Positions 49,296-60,657 of a stretch of 64,000 nucleotides of DNA are shown one piece after another. Each line of letters begins with the position of its first letter. Position 1 is the stretch's first letter. The stretch covers positions 1-64,000 of IMG/VR virus record IMGVR_UViG_3300050821_005690. One strand, 5' to 3'. Origin of the DNA: a virus. A program made the position numbers and the translations under genes. The notes beneath the pieces were generated by a model. The model saw only the letters and a list, made by a program, of their open reading frames with translations. It was not told where the DNA came from and searched no databases.

Positions 49296-49696
49296 GAGCA
49301 GATGCAATGAGGGCCCTAGTGTTGATCACCGTAGGCATTGCTGTGCTTGTGTACGGCTCTGCTTCGTTCGAGCTTGGCTTTCGGTACGGCCGCGCGATGG
49401 CATCTCCGCCGCTGACGTTCGAGGATCGGTTCGGCAATTGGCACAGTCGTCCCTTTCACCGTTGGCATCCTACCTTGCCACCGGAGCCTGGGCGAAGTTT
49501 TTACGCATGAAGGATCGTGGTCACGAGTTCGTCGAGGTCGGCGCCCGGCGCTGGTGCATGGGCTGCGATCTATTCCAGCGCCGGACATGGATAGCCGGTC
49601 CGTTCCCGGAGCCGCGCCAGGACTGCCCGCGCGACACACCCTATGCGGCGAGGTGTGACGGCCGACTTGAATTGCCGCTAACGAAGGAGGACTAAG

Positions 49697-50101
49697 ATGC
49701 CATACGCCCGAGTGGGGCCGCTATGCCGCTACTGCGCCGAGCCGATTGCCAAGCGCACCATCAAGGTCCACGTTGTGGCCGCACGGACCGGCTTCAACAA
49801 GGACAGCGCGTTCTGGCGCTACGTCGAGGTGGGCGGCAACTTCCCGCTGAACTGGGCTGAATGCGAGAAGCTCACGAACCAGCAGGTAATCGCGGTCCGG
49901 TATGCTGACAGCGGCGGTGCCACAGCTCGCCCGCACGTCATTGACTGGTTCACCGAATGGGACGGGCAGAGCTACGTCGACCCGTATTTTTGCAATGGGG
50001 ATCACGCCCAACTGTTCGGGCGCGCTCTTGCGAGAGTCGGCCTCGGTTCGACGAAGTATTTCGCGGCAGTCCGCGAGCAGCAAGGGAAAACGGCGGCATG
50101 A
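49697..50101 (+). CDS. hypothetical protein with Cys motifs
   Basis: CRYC.EPIAKRT...WDG.SY...YFC; AGGAGG RBS. Confidence 0.65.
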   Translation: MPYARVGPLCRYCAEPIAKRTIKVHVVAARTGFNKDSAFWRYVEVGGNFPLNWAECEKLTNQQVIAVRYADSGGATARPHVIDWFTEWDGQSYVDPYFCNGDHAQLFGRALARVGLGSTKYFAAVREQQGKTAA

Positions 50102-51758
50102 CCCGGCCCGAGCCGACGATCGCCGAAGAATACTTCGCGCGCCTCATTGCCTTCTGGCACGGGCAAAGGCTCGTTTGCTTTACGCGCGACGGCGCCAAGA
50201 CCGTCGCGGCCCTGCGCGGGTATGATTCCGGCTGGGCCTGGGAGACCGATCGTTACGTGGACGCTCATTGGCGGGAGTACGTGCCAGCCGCCCAGGCGGT
50301 GATTCGAGATCGAGGCGAGGTTGATCAATGGTCGTGATTGACCAGTACGGTGAAGATTGGACCATTATCGAGCGCAGCGGCAGCTTGTGGGCCACGCGCC
50401 CTGGTATGATCCGATTCATCTTAAACGATGAAATCCACACCGATTTGTCTGAACCACGGGGCATCCGCAACCTAAAAGGAGGGCGCAAATGGACACCACT
50501 TACGCCGACGCGATGAACGAGCTTAACGATGCGATCTCTCGCGCCTGCGCCTTGGTTGACGGCATACTGAGCCGCGAGGAAATCGCGAAGGAACTGCGTG
50601 CCATAGCCGAGCAGATCGAGAAGGGTGAATTTTAGGGCAGATATGCCCCCTTGACTTGGCACTATTTTCCATTAGCTTGGGTGGACTATGAACGAACTGG
50701 ACCTGCGAAATAAAATTGCCGACGGCCATGTCGCGCTGAGGATCGAGCGCGACAAGCGCCGGTTCGCCGATAGCCGCGTGCTCGGGCCGTTCATTAGCGC
50801 AGCACGCAAGGAGTTGATAAGTTTCACGAATGCTCAACCCGCAGCATGGCCGGAGATGTCGCGCGATGTCGATGAGGGCTAAAGCGGGACTTGCAGGGGC
50901 CCCGGAAGGTTGCAAGGCCTTCTGGGATCACCCCTGGCCAATATCGCGGACGTCGCTTGGCGTGCTGGAGGAAAGACGGCATCCCTCGCGGCCCGTGGTT
51001 AGTCCTGCCGGGTAGGCACCACGGCAGGCGGTCATCGGGTTCTTGGCGGACCCGCTGGTGACAGGCTCCCTCCGCGCCGAGCAACGACGGTGCGGAGGGG
51101 GCCTAAAGATCGGAGTGGATTTTGATATGGCTCGTCGCTTGCCTCGCCTTCCGATGATCTTTGACTCCGAGGGAAAGCCTAAAATCGTGAGTAATGGCGG
51201 TTGGGGTCCGTACATGGACCCGGACTTTATCGACTCGGTCGACGACCATCTCCTGGCACACATCAGCCACTTCCCGATCGCCGGGTACTCTCTCGGAGAG
51301 GTGGCGGGCACTTTAACCGAGGAACTTTCTGTCCACTTCGGCGGCTCCCGTCTGGGAGAGCTGGATTCCATCGCCTACTGCTGGGATGCAGATCGCAGCG
51401 GGTCGCCTTGGTTCAATGACGAGGCCTTGGCGATACGTGGTATCACCAAAGCGGAAGTCGAGGATCGGGTGGCACTCAAAAAGTTTTATCGAGAGGAACT
51501 TCGCAAGGAACGTGAGGCCGAGGAACGTGAGGCACAGTTGGAATGGGAGTTGAGCGTCGAGCGGGCGCGCCAGATTGCGGAAATCGAGGAAGAGCGGGGA
51601 CGCTAGATGGCGATCACAGAGGAAGAAATTATGCGGTTAAAGCTCCGGGCAGCGCTGAATGCCGCGCCGCGCCCTACCGCCAAGCCCGACGCCGAGTGGA
51701 TGGTTGCGTACATGGATTGGTTTTTCCAGATGCGTATCAATGCTTTGGAGAACAAACA

Positions 51759-52184
51759 ATGAGTCGGTCCGGGTACAACGACGATTACGACATCTCCGCG
51801 GTTGCCATGTGGCGCGGCCAAGTCGCCAGCGCGATCAGGGGTCGGCGCGGGCAGGCATTTCTCCGGGATCTGCTGGCGGCCCTTGAGGCGCTCCCTGATA
51901 AGCGCCTGATTGCCGACCACATGGAGCGCGATGGCTGCGTCTGCGCGACCGGCGCCCTCGGCAAGGCCCGTGGCGTTGATATGACGCAGATAGACAAGTT
52001 CATCGATGCGGAGGACGACGATGAGGATGTGGTCGCCTATTGGGTGGCTGAGGCCTTCGACATCGCGTCTCCGTTGGCGCGCGAGGTACTCTACATGAAT
52101 GATGAAGGGTTCTTCGGCGTCGAGACCGACGAGCAGCGCTACGAGCGCATGGTGGGGTGGGTGAAGAGCAAGATCAGAGCGTAA
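51759..52184 (+). CDS. conserved phage hypothetical protein
   Basis: MSRSGY.DD...WRG.VASAIRGRRGQAFLRDL...P.KRLI...C..G...NDE. Confidence 0.75.
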   Translation: MSRSGYNDDYDISAVAMWRGQVASAIRGRRGQAFLRDLLAALEALPDKRLIADHMERDGCVCATGALGKARGVDMTQIDKFIDAEDDDEDVVAYWVAEAFDIASPLAREVLYMNDEGFFGVETDEQRYERMVGWVKSKIRA

Positions 52185-54425
52185 TAGTTGCATCGCTATC
52201 CGCACGAAAAGGTCCGACATATGGCTGGCAAGATCAACGAGGCCGGTCAGGTCTCGGCGCTATGCTCTGATCCGCCCAAGCCTATTCGACTGGCGGTCGC
52301 GGGCTGGGTACTCCAAGCAAAATATGTGACCTGCAAGAAATGCCTCAAAAGGTTGAAGGGAGGAACCGATGTGCGATGAATGCGGGGCGGAATTTGTGGT
52401 GTATCCGAGCGGGCCGCCGTTCACGGTGGTCAAGCTGCAGGCCGGATCGATCGTGATCCTGGACAGCTTCGACACCGAGATCAGGGCGGAGGCCTTCGCC
52501 GCCGAGCTACACTCCGACCGTCTGGAGGAACACGCCAAGTTCGGCCAATTCAAGGAGTGCGCCAATCTGGTGGCTGAGGAATTTGAGCGGGGGATGGTGG
52601 ATGCGCTTCTCAAGCCCCATCCAAAGGTCGAGAGAATTCTAGCCAAAAGACGCGCAGAGGCCCGAAAATAATGAAGGACCAGCTCGAGATTTTCCGCAAG
52701 ATGCTCGACGAACGGAACTGGCCGAGGTTTGACATTATTCACCAGGGCCGTCTTTACAGGTGGATCAGCGACGACCCGGACGAAGAGTGCTTTGTCGAGG
52801 TTTTCTTGTCCGAGGGCAGGTTCCAGTGACCAAGGCTCGAAGGCGGAGCGCCAGCCCGGCGCGGCTTTGGTGGTACATACAGCACCGGCTAGGGCGCATT
52901 TTCCGGCGCGAGATGAACAAGGTGGCCGTCGACGCCATGATGCGCGGTTCGGGGGCCTACCGTATTGGGCCCGAGGTGCCAGACCTGATCGAGCACATTA
53001 GTTCGGAGCAGTTCCGTGACCTTTGAGCAGGCGACGAAGACCGACATTGTGGCGTGGCTGCGGGGCTTTCGTAATACGGATTTCAGCGTTTATGACCTGT
53101 GGGCCGCTATTCGCAAAGCCGCCGACGAGATTGATCGGCTGCAGGCCGACCTGAATCGGCAAGGCGAATACTCGGCGGCGGCTTATGCCGAGCGCGATCA
53201 ATACATGGAAAGCAATGTTAAGCTAGTCGCCGAGATCGAGCGGCTACAGGCTCTCGGCGGGCCAAACAAGTGCTTGAATTGCGACGACGTGCTCGAAGGC
53301 TTCTGCCCCGAGTGCTCACAGAAGATGTGAAATGACCTGGGAGCGCATGCTTGAGCGAATGAAGTGGCGCAGCCCGTTCGGCGATCTGCCTGATGCCTGG
53401 AAGGGCGGCCGGATGCGCCGCTCGTGCTGGCCTAAACGCGACGGCCTCGTTTGGCACATCTGGCACCACGACGACGTGGGTGACCAGAGTACATACGAGG
53501 GCGGCTTGTGTCAGGGGTGGGGTGGGCAGATCGGATGGGAGCATGCCGAGATCGTTTTGGTTAACGGCGACCAGCTACGCGATGGCACCATGTACTCCTC
53601 AACCGAAGGCGATAGGTTGGCGCAGGATTGGGAGATCGCCTGATGACGCCGCTATGGTTCTGGCAAGAACTGTGGCAACCTGTGCTGGTGAACAACCGCA
53701 TTGTAGATGACAACGTAGGGGCATGGATAGCTCACTTCAAACGCCATGGTTATCCTAGCTGGAAGGAATGGCAACTCAACAGGAGAGAGCAATGACACAG
53801 CAGCACCAGCGAGGTGTCTGATGATGTCCACCGTGGCTTTGTGGGTGATCGCAATCTCGGTCGCGTGGTTGGCGTTCCGGGCAACGCTTTGGTTCAATGA
53901 CCATCCGGTGTGAAATTGTGAGCGACATGATTCAGAGAATTGTAGTTTTTGTCCTGATATGCGCCGCCTTAGCCCCGGTTGCTCTCTTGTTTTGGCTGGC
54001 CGCTGCCGGTCTTTATGCGAGATGCGGCACTTGGCTGGCTCTAGTGGTAGGCGTGTGTGCGAAATAGTGCAATTCTGCCCTTGACACCGTTTCCCTGTGG
54101 TAATTAGTGTCACCGCTCACCCAAAAGGCTGGCCAATGAAGCAGCGCCGTCGAACCCGCCTCTCTCGCGCTCTGAAGCTCGGGCTGGTGGCCCGCCAAGC
54201 GGAGACCCAGTTGGTGCCGCTAACGGCCGACGACCGTGATGAACGCTTGAGCCGGTCCGAGACCGATCGCCTCTTGATCGAAACCACAGCCAAGCTCAAG
54301 GACATGGTTGCCCTGTGCGATCGGCAGCGGGTCGAGCTGCGCTATCTGCGGGCGGTTTACACCGCCACCAGGGCCATACACGCGTCCGATCTCGATGCTT
54401 CGCTTTTGGAAAGGCAGGCCCCCTA

Positions 54426-54608
54426 GTGGCAAAAAAAGCTAAGGCGAAGAAGCGGAAGTCCAAGCCGAAAGCCGAGAGGCGCAAATATGGCGGACGGCCG
54501 CAGAGCGGCATGGAAGCCTGGACGATCGAGGCCGACGCCCCATGGAAGCGCCTCGGGATCTCGCGGCGGACCTACTATCGGTGGAAGAAGCGAGGGAAGA
54601 AGGTGTGA
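54426..54608 (+). CDS. small HTH DNA-binding protein
   Basis: PWKRLGISRRTYYRWKK. Confidence 0.6.
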   Translation: MAKKAKAKKRKSKPKAERRKYGGRPQSGMEAWTIEADAPWKRLGISRRTYYRWKKRGKKV

Positions 54609-54844
54609 TGATGCATGGCTTCCATGTTGGCTGACGATATTGCGAAGGTGATGGCCGATGCGATGTTTGAGCGCATCCGCGATAACCTCCGCGCTCAAAT
54701 CCTAGAGAAGATCGAGCCGGATATTCAGGCCTCGATCGACGCGGTGATGGAGACCTTCAAGGCGCGTGTCGCTGTCTGGAAGGATTACGCGCAGGACGAG
54801 CTAGTGGTCAAATTCCTTATCGAGGACCGTCGCGAGAACAAGAA

Positions 54845-55468
54845 GTGACCGACGACGCCCCCGTGGACCCACAGCCGTCTCGGCGTCATCTGTACGTCGC
54901 CTTCTCGGCCCGTAAGCAGGGCCAGTTTGTCTTTGGATGGTCGGTAACCACCACCGACGACTGGGTCATACGTAGCGGCAAGGAAATCGAGGAGCTGTCA
55001 TCCACGATCGAGAAAATCTTTGGCTATGATGAGAACTCGGTCGTCATCATCAATTTCATGCGGATGGAGGAACCATTGACGGACGAACAGAAGCCGATGA
55101 TCGTGACTCATGTGCCCCCGCCACCCATCAAGCCCCCGCCGTCTGCGGTCCCTGCGTTTGCTGGACCGCAGTTTGTGACACAGCCGCCCGCGCCGGACGC
55201 GACCGCCACCTCTTATGAGCCGCCGCCTGCCTACCCTTGGGACGGCCCCCCTGTGGTGCAGGATGATGTATCAGGGCCGATGGTTACATCGATCGAGCCG
55301 AAGCCGAAGGTCGACCTGCTCCGCCTGTGCGCTACCATTGTCGAGCTTCTCCACGACCTGTGTGCTGAGATGAGGTATTCGACGCCGTCGCACTCCTGGA
55401 GGGACATGCCTAAGATTCGGGACAAGATCGAACAGTTGCGCGACGAGTTGAGGGAGCTGACGAAATGA
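54845..55468 (+). CDS. hypothetical protein with Pro-rich linker
   Basis: Overlapping start/stop with neighbours. Confidence 0.6.
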   Translation: MTDDAPVDPQPSRRHLYVAFSARKQGQFVFGWSVTTTDDWVIRSGKEIEELSSTIEKIFGYDENSVVIINFMRMEEPLTDEQKPMIVTHVPPPPIKPPPSAVPAFAGPQFVTQPPAPDATATSYEPPPAYPWDGPPVVQDDVSGPMVTSIEPKPKVDLLRLCATIVELLHDLCAEMRYSTPSHSWRDMPKIRDKIEQLRDELRELTK

Positions 55469-55914
55469 AGCTCTTTGAGGACAGCCAGGGCTTCATCTTT
55501 GCGTTCGGCTTCGACATGAACGCGCGCAAGCCGCACCACAGTATGATCTGCTGGTGCGATCCCGAAACGAAGGAGTGGGAGGCTACCTCCGCCAATCAAG
55601 CCGGGTGGCTCACGGTGCCGACCACGATCTTGGCGCCGGAGTTCGTGTTCGAGAGCCGGGACCGCGCGATCGTGGCTTATCAACCGGGGCTGTGCATCGA
55701 GCTGCGGCGCCAGGGGAAGCCGTTCGTGTTTACCCTGTTCACTATGCACGCGAGGTGAGAGTGAACGGATGTCCTGGCCGCACGACAACGACGCGACCGA
55801 GCGCTACTTTGAAGCGGTGCACCGCCGGCATCGGCGGGAGTTATGGCTGTGGCGCGTCAAGATGTGTACCCTGGTCGTCGTTCTTGCCGCAGGCATTAAA
55901 TACTTGGTGTGGGG

Positions 55915-56286
55915 ATGGCTGATATGAACAGACGCGCTTTCCTATGGCTCGGCTCGATCGGTGCGGCAGTTGTCACCATGGGGCGCATCGGGCGTGACGC
56001 GCCGCTAGTCCACCCGGAGCAAGAGGTCTTTTTCGACGTTGGCTGGAATACGTATCCCAAGGTCTTCGCCTCCGCTGGCGAGGTCGTGACCTGCGAGAGT
56101 GGGCATTCGATCTGCACCTTCGCCGAGACGGTGAACATTGGCCAGTACCAGTTGCCGCACCACCTCGGCGAATGGAGGCAGGAAGAGCCGAAGATCGGGA
56201 CCTTTCCCATGCCGGTCTGCGCGAAGTGCGGTTCGAAGTTCGTGCTCGATAACGGCCATTTCCATTTCCATGGAGGCTGGCGATGA
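55915..56286 (+). CDS. twin-arginine-like signal protein with zinc-ribbon motif
   Basis: MNRRAFL; CESGH.IC...CAKCG. Confidence 0.6.
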   Translation: MADMNRRAFLWLGSIGAAVVTMGRIGRDAPLVHPEQEVFFDVGWNTYPKVFASAGEVVTCESGHSICTFAETVNIGQYQLPHHLGEWRQEEPKIGTFPMPVCAKCGSKFVLDNGHFHFHGGWR

Positions 56287-56660
56287 GACTGGTGGCTTGC
56301 GATTGCTCGGTTGGCGACTCGTGCCCGCAGGGAAAGACTGGGTTTGAAGTCCGGTGCAAAATCTTAGTTAAGGAGTCGGGGCGGAGAACGAAGCTTGATG
56401 CGAAGTTCACCGGCATCATCACCAAGGTAAAAGACGGCTCGGACGTCCCGGACGATGAGTGGATGGTGTTCCTGGCGAAGGACAACGCCTTCCCGGCGGC
56501 GCTAGCTTACTATCGCGCTCGCTGCGTTGGACTAGGTTGCGACACCGAACAGATCGAGGCAATCGACCGTGCGATCGATCGCGTGAACGTCTGGCGAGCG
56601 TCTAATCCGGGCCGTTGCAAGACGCCGGATGCCAAGGGCGAGAAGCTTCTGGATGTCTGA
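56283..56660 (+). CDS. conserved phage hypothetical protein
   Basis: VFLAKD.A.P.AL.YY...K.PD. Confidence 0.65.
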   Translation: MRLVACDCSVGDSCPQGKTGFEVRCKILVKESGRRTKLDAKFTGIITKVKDGSDVPDDEWMVFLAKDNAFPAALAYYRARCVGLGCDTEQIEAIDRAIDRVNVWRASNPGRCKTPDAKGEKLLDV

Positions 56661-56863
56661 CCGTCCATACAAAGAACAGCCATCTTACGGCAAGGACGGG
56701 ATTACCTCGCCGTGGAACCCGATGTCGAAGGGAATGCAGAAGGGCTTGGAACTGGCGGCCTACATCTGCCGCATGTACGGCGATGGCGATCAGTGGGCCG
56801 ATATGATCTTGAATTACGGCGAGCAGGTCCGCGCCCGCTGGTGGATGGAAAAGGAGAAGAAAT

Positions 56864-57361
56864 TTGACCGTAACCGTAACCGTTGATCTTGCCGATCTGG
56901 AGCGCATCATCTTTGCCGCCTCGGCGGTAAAGCAGATCGAGGCCTCACTGGCGGCGTTCAAGCGCGATCCGTTCGTGCAGCCGCATCTTGAGTTCACTGA
57001 CGCGGCGAAGCGCCTGGAGGGTGCCATGAACCATGCCAAGCGTGCCGCGCGCGCAAGAGAGGACACCCTGATCGACTACAACGAGCCGCCGAACAAGGTG
57101 GAGATGGCGGCACTAAAAAGAGTTTTCGACGAGAAACTGCCGTTCATGTTCATCAAGGCAAACGAGAAAGCCCCGGACCCGAAATTGAACGAGGTCATGT
57201 CGGTCTTCGACCGCTTGGAGGCCAAGGGCCTAGTTCGCATGGGGCAGGTTGTGACGGGGATTGTTTGGGCCGGTCATAATCATCCAGACCTGCGGAAGGA
57301 GGCTAAGTTCGCCGTCGCCTTGACCGATCGCGGGATGGACATAGCCAGGGAGATCGCATGA
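56864..57361 (+). CDS. hypothetical protein
   Basis: Operon-coupled ORF; LTDRG wing-like C-terminus. Confidence 0.6.
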   Translation: MTVTVTVDLADLERIIFAASAVKQIEASLAAFKRDPFVQPHLEFTDAAKRLEGAMNHAKRAARAREDTLIDYNEPPNKVEMAALKRVFDEKLPFMFIKANEKAPDPKLNEVMSVFDRLEAKGLVRMGQVVTGIVWAGHNHPDLRKEAKFAVALTDRGMDIAREIA

Positions 57362-57903
57362 CCGACGCAAGGTTCCCCGACTGGCCCAAGATTAGTGAGG
57401 CCCTTCGCGAGAAGGCGAAGGAATTGTGCCGCGATCTAGCGGTCGATCTTAACCCGAGCATCGAGGGGCTTGTGCTTACCGCGCTGCGGGCGGCGCACTT
57501 CGATGCTTACCGGGATGAATTTAAGGCGAAGGTCGAGGCCAAAGGGGCATGGGCGGAGTTGGAGGTCGCAAAGCAAGTCATGCGGGGTGAAGGCTTCACG
57601 GATGAGATGCTTGACTTGGTTTGCGGCATCCCGGGCTTCAAGGCGCCTGTCGCCACTATGGCGGACGGCAAAGAAGCTGTCTGCGTGGAGTATATGGCTG
57701 GGCTTAACCCAAGGCCGCTTTCGGCCTATTTTCTAGAGCGGGTCCGGGAGGCTATTGAAATTTCGGCCAGGGTCGGAGCATTAGAGATGCTTAAGGCCGA
57801 GGGGAAGGGCGATGTCGCTGCCGTACAGGGTGTCGAGAAAGAAGCTGCCGCCGAGTCCGCTGACGCGCAAACGGGCTTCGCCTTCGGTGACGCCGCCGGG
57901 TGA
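57358..57903 (+). CDS. hypothetical protein upstream of TerL
   Basis: Operon-coupled ORF without recognisable TerS motifs. Confidence 0.6.
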   Translation: MTDARFPDWPKISEALREKAKELCRDLAVDLNPSIEGLVLTALRAAHFDAYRDEFKAKVEAKGAWAELEVAKQVMRGEGFTDEMLDLVCGIPGFKAPVATMADGKEAVCVEYMAGLNPRPLSAYFLERVREAIEISARVGALEMLKAEGKGDVAAVQGVEKEAAAESADAQTGFAFGDAAG

Positions 57904-57909
57904 GGCGCC

Positions 57910-59655
57910 GTGAAGTACCAGGAACTGCTCAAGCTCGGGAACCTGAACGAACTGTTCTTGGCCGCGACCCACGCGAAGCGGGCGAACTCCATGATCGATC
58001 GCGAGGACCTTGAGAACGATTTTTTGATGTTTCTGGAGGCTGCATGGCCGTCGATCGACTCGGCGCCGTTTCAATCGTGCTGGGCGATTGATGCGATGGC
58101 CCAGCACCTTGAGGCGGTCACGCTCGGTCATATCAAGCGGCTGCTGATCAACATTCCGCCCCGCTGCGCGAAGACGAACACGGCCTCGATCTGCTGGAAC
58201 GCCTGGATATGGGCGCGCTCGCAGCAGAGCTTCGTCAGCGGCCCGCAGGTCAAGTTCCTAAGCGCCAGCTATAATTCAGCCTTGTCGTTGATGGCCTCCA
58301 ACAAGACCCGACGTCTGATCATGAGCCCGTTCTATCAGGCGCTTTGGGGCGATCGATTCACGCTGCGGCTCGATCAGAACAGCAAGTCCCAGTTCGATAA
58401 CACGGTCGGCGGCTCGCGCATCGCCACCTCGGTCCGTGGCTCGCTGCTCGGTCTGGGCGGCGATGTGATCTGCGTCGACGACCCACACAACACCGAGACC
58501 GAGAAGAAGATCGAGACCGATGCCGATCGGCGCGTTGTGGCTTCTTGGTATCAAGAGCTTCATGGCACGCGCCTCAATAATCCGAAGCTCACGCCGCTCG
58601 TGGTGGTAATGCAGCGCCTGCACAAAGGCGATCTTTCTGGCATCATCCTCGACGGTTCCGAGCCATTTGTGCACGTCATGGTCCCGATGGAGTTCGACAG
58701 TCGGCGGCGGAGCGTCACTGTGATCCTCCCGCAACTCGATTACGAGGGGAAGGAACCCACCCCGTGGGCGGACCCCAGGACCGATGACGACGAGCTTATG
58801 TGGCCGGAGCGGTTCGGGCACCGTGAGTTGGAGCGCATGAAGCATCTGCTGGGGCCGTACATGGCGGCGGGGCGTTTACAGCAGAGTCCCATCGCCAAAG
58901 GCGGAGCAATCCTCAAGCGCGGCTGGTGGAAGCTGTGGGACATGGATGTAGCTCGCACCTATGGCCTGGAATGGGCCGAGGGTGGCCGGAAGGAGTTCCC
59001 GGAGTGCAGCTTCATCTGCGGGAGCCTCGACACCTCGTACGGGGAAAAGGACGAAAATAACTTCAACGCTCTGACGGTCTGGGGGGTGTGGGTCGATCAC
59101 AATAAGAATCGCCGGGCGATGCTCATGTTCGCCTGGGCGAAGCGCCTGCCGCTGCACGGTCAAGTGCTCACGCCTCGGCCCAACGAGGCCGGGGTGAATT
59201 TCCGGGCCCGGCAGCAAAGGGAATGGGGACTGGTCGAGTGGGTCGCCGACACCTGCCGCCGGTACAAGGTCCATCGCCTGCTGATCGAGGATAAGACCAG
59301 GGGGCACGACGTGGCGAACGAATTACGGCGCCTGTACGCCCGCGAGAACTTCGGCATCGAGATGATCTCGGTAAACAAGATAGACAAGGTCTCCCGCACC
59401 CATTCGGTGGTTTCGCTTTTCGTCGATGACGTGGTATGGGCGCCGGAAACGAAGTGGTCGGAAGAGGTGCTCGACCAATGCGAATACTTCCCGCGGCACG
59501 ATCATGACGATCTGCACGACACGGTGACACAGTTCTTGAATTGGGCTAGAGAGCGCGGCATCTTATTGCGTGGCGACGAGATGAGCGCGGCTCTTGAGGA
59601 TGAGGCGGCTTACAAGCCGAAGGATCATGGCGTCGCCGAGCATTACGGGGTTTGA
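57910..59655 (+). CDS. terL: terminase large subunit
   Basis: LLINIPPRCAKT (Walker A), ICVDDPH (Walker B), VMQRLH..D, QQ.P, SLDT, IEDK, FP...HDD..DT.TQ. Confidence 0.95.
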   Translation: MKYQELLKLGNLNELFLAATHAKRANSMIDREDLENDFLMFLEAAWPSIDSAPFQSCWAIDAMAQHLEAVTLGHIKRLLINIPPRCAKTNTASICWNAWIWARSQQSFVSGPQVKFLSASYNSALSLMASNKTRRLIMSPFYQALWGDRFTLRLDQNSKSQFDNTVGGSRIATSVRGSLLGLGGDVICVDDPHNTETEKKIETDADRRVVASWYQELHGTRLNNPKLTPLVVVMQRLHKGDLSGIILDGSEPFVHVMVPMEFDSRRRSVTVILPQLDYEGKEPTPWADPRTDDDELMWPERFGHRELERMKHLLGPYMAAGRLQQSPIAKGGAILKRGWWKLWDMDVARTYGLEWAEGGRKEFPECSFICGSLDTSYGEKDENNFNALTVWGVWVDHNKNRRAMLMFAWAKRLPLHGQVLTPRPNEAGVNFRARQQREWGLVEWVADTCRRYKVHRLLIEDKTRGHDVANELRRLYARENFGIEMISVNKIDKVSRTHSVVSLFVDDVVWAPETKWSEEVLDQCEYFPRHDHDDLHDTVTQFLNWARERGILLRGDEMSAALEDEAAYKPKDHGVAEHYGV

Positions 59656-60267
59656 CCACGACATCCTGCGCATGATCGTCGTCCTGATTGTGCTCGGGAT
59701 TATTATCTGGCCGGCCTCCCGATGGCCCTAAGCCCTCGGCCGAAGCCGTGGCGGGTCCGGGTCCGGCGCGTCATAGAGACCTGGATCGAGGTGAGTGCGC
59801 ACAGTGCGACCGAGGCCGAGGGGCTAGCGGCCAACTATCCGCAAGTGGTGTCCGTCTTCGTTGGGTCCACCATCCGGGCCGATCTAAAGGACGCTGAACC
59901 GAGGGACATAGGAGTCGAGGATGAGTGACGTTGGAGCCATGAACGGGTTGCCGCCCGCGGCGGCGGTTTCAGTGAATGCCGTAGCGATCGAATTAGTCGA
60001 GAGGCATCTTGCGGCGCTCAAGCGTGGCGAAACCAATACGGTTGCTATCATCTCGGTTGACCATCAGGGCCAGACGGTCACCAATTGGGCGGGACCGCGA
60101 CTCGGCGACGTCTATATCGGTTGTGCGACGATCCACCGAAAGCTCATGGATGGGTTCATCGCCCCGCCGCTGCAATCGCGGATTTTGCGTCCGCGCTGAA
60201 GGCTACGCTTCCTTCGACTTTCCCCGCGATTCGGGGTAAGACTTGCCCTTCGAGGGGGCGCGGTCCG

Positions 60268-60657
60268 ATGGCTGACACGTTCTACATCCTGCGGAAGCTG
60301 GTGAGCGAAGTTAAGTACAAGCCCGGCTGGACTTTCCGCATTGTTAACGAAGACGACGCGCTTCGCCTCGTGATCACCGACACGAAGTGTGTGGATGCGT
60401 ACAATTCTGCGCAGCAGATGCCGCTGTCCCACTTTCATCCTGTCCCGATCGCGACCTACAACGAGAAGACATGGAAGCGGTGGATTTATGAGCAATGCCG
60501 CCGCGTCGAGAACCATGAGATAGGTGAATGGCTGCGGTGGGGCGAGGATCGGCCGTTTGCCCCGCTTCACGGCCCCGGCGAGGATCCCTATACGGTTCAC
60601 GAGTACCGCGACGAGGGCGATGCCAGAATCACTCAAGATGGATCAATGCGGCAATGA
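60268..60657 (+). CDS. hypothetical protein
   Basis: V.YKPGW.F...VENHE..EW...PF.P.HG. Confidence 0.65.
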   Translation: MADTFYILRKLVSEVKYKPGWTFRIVNEDDALRLVITDTKCVDAYNSAQQMPLSHFHPVPIATYNEKTWKRWIYEQCRRVENHEIGEWLRWGEDRPFAPLHGPGEDPYTVHEYRDEGDARITQDGSMRQ

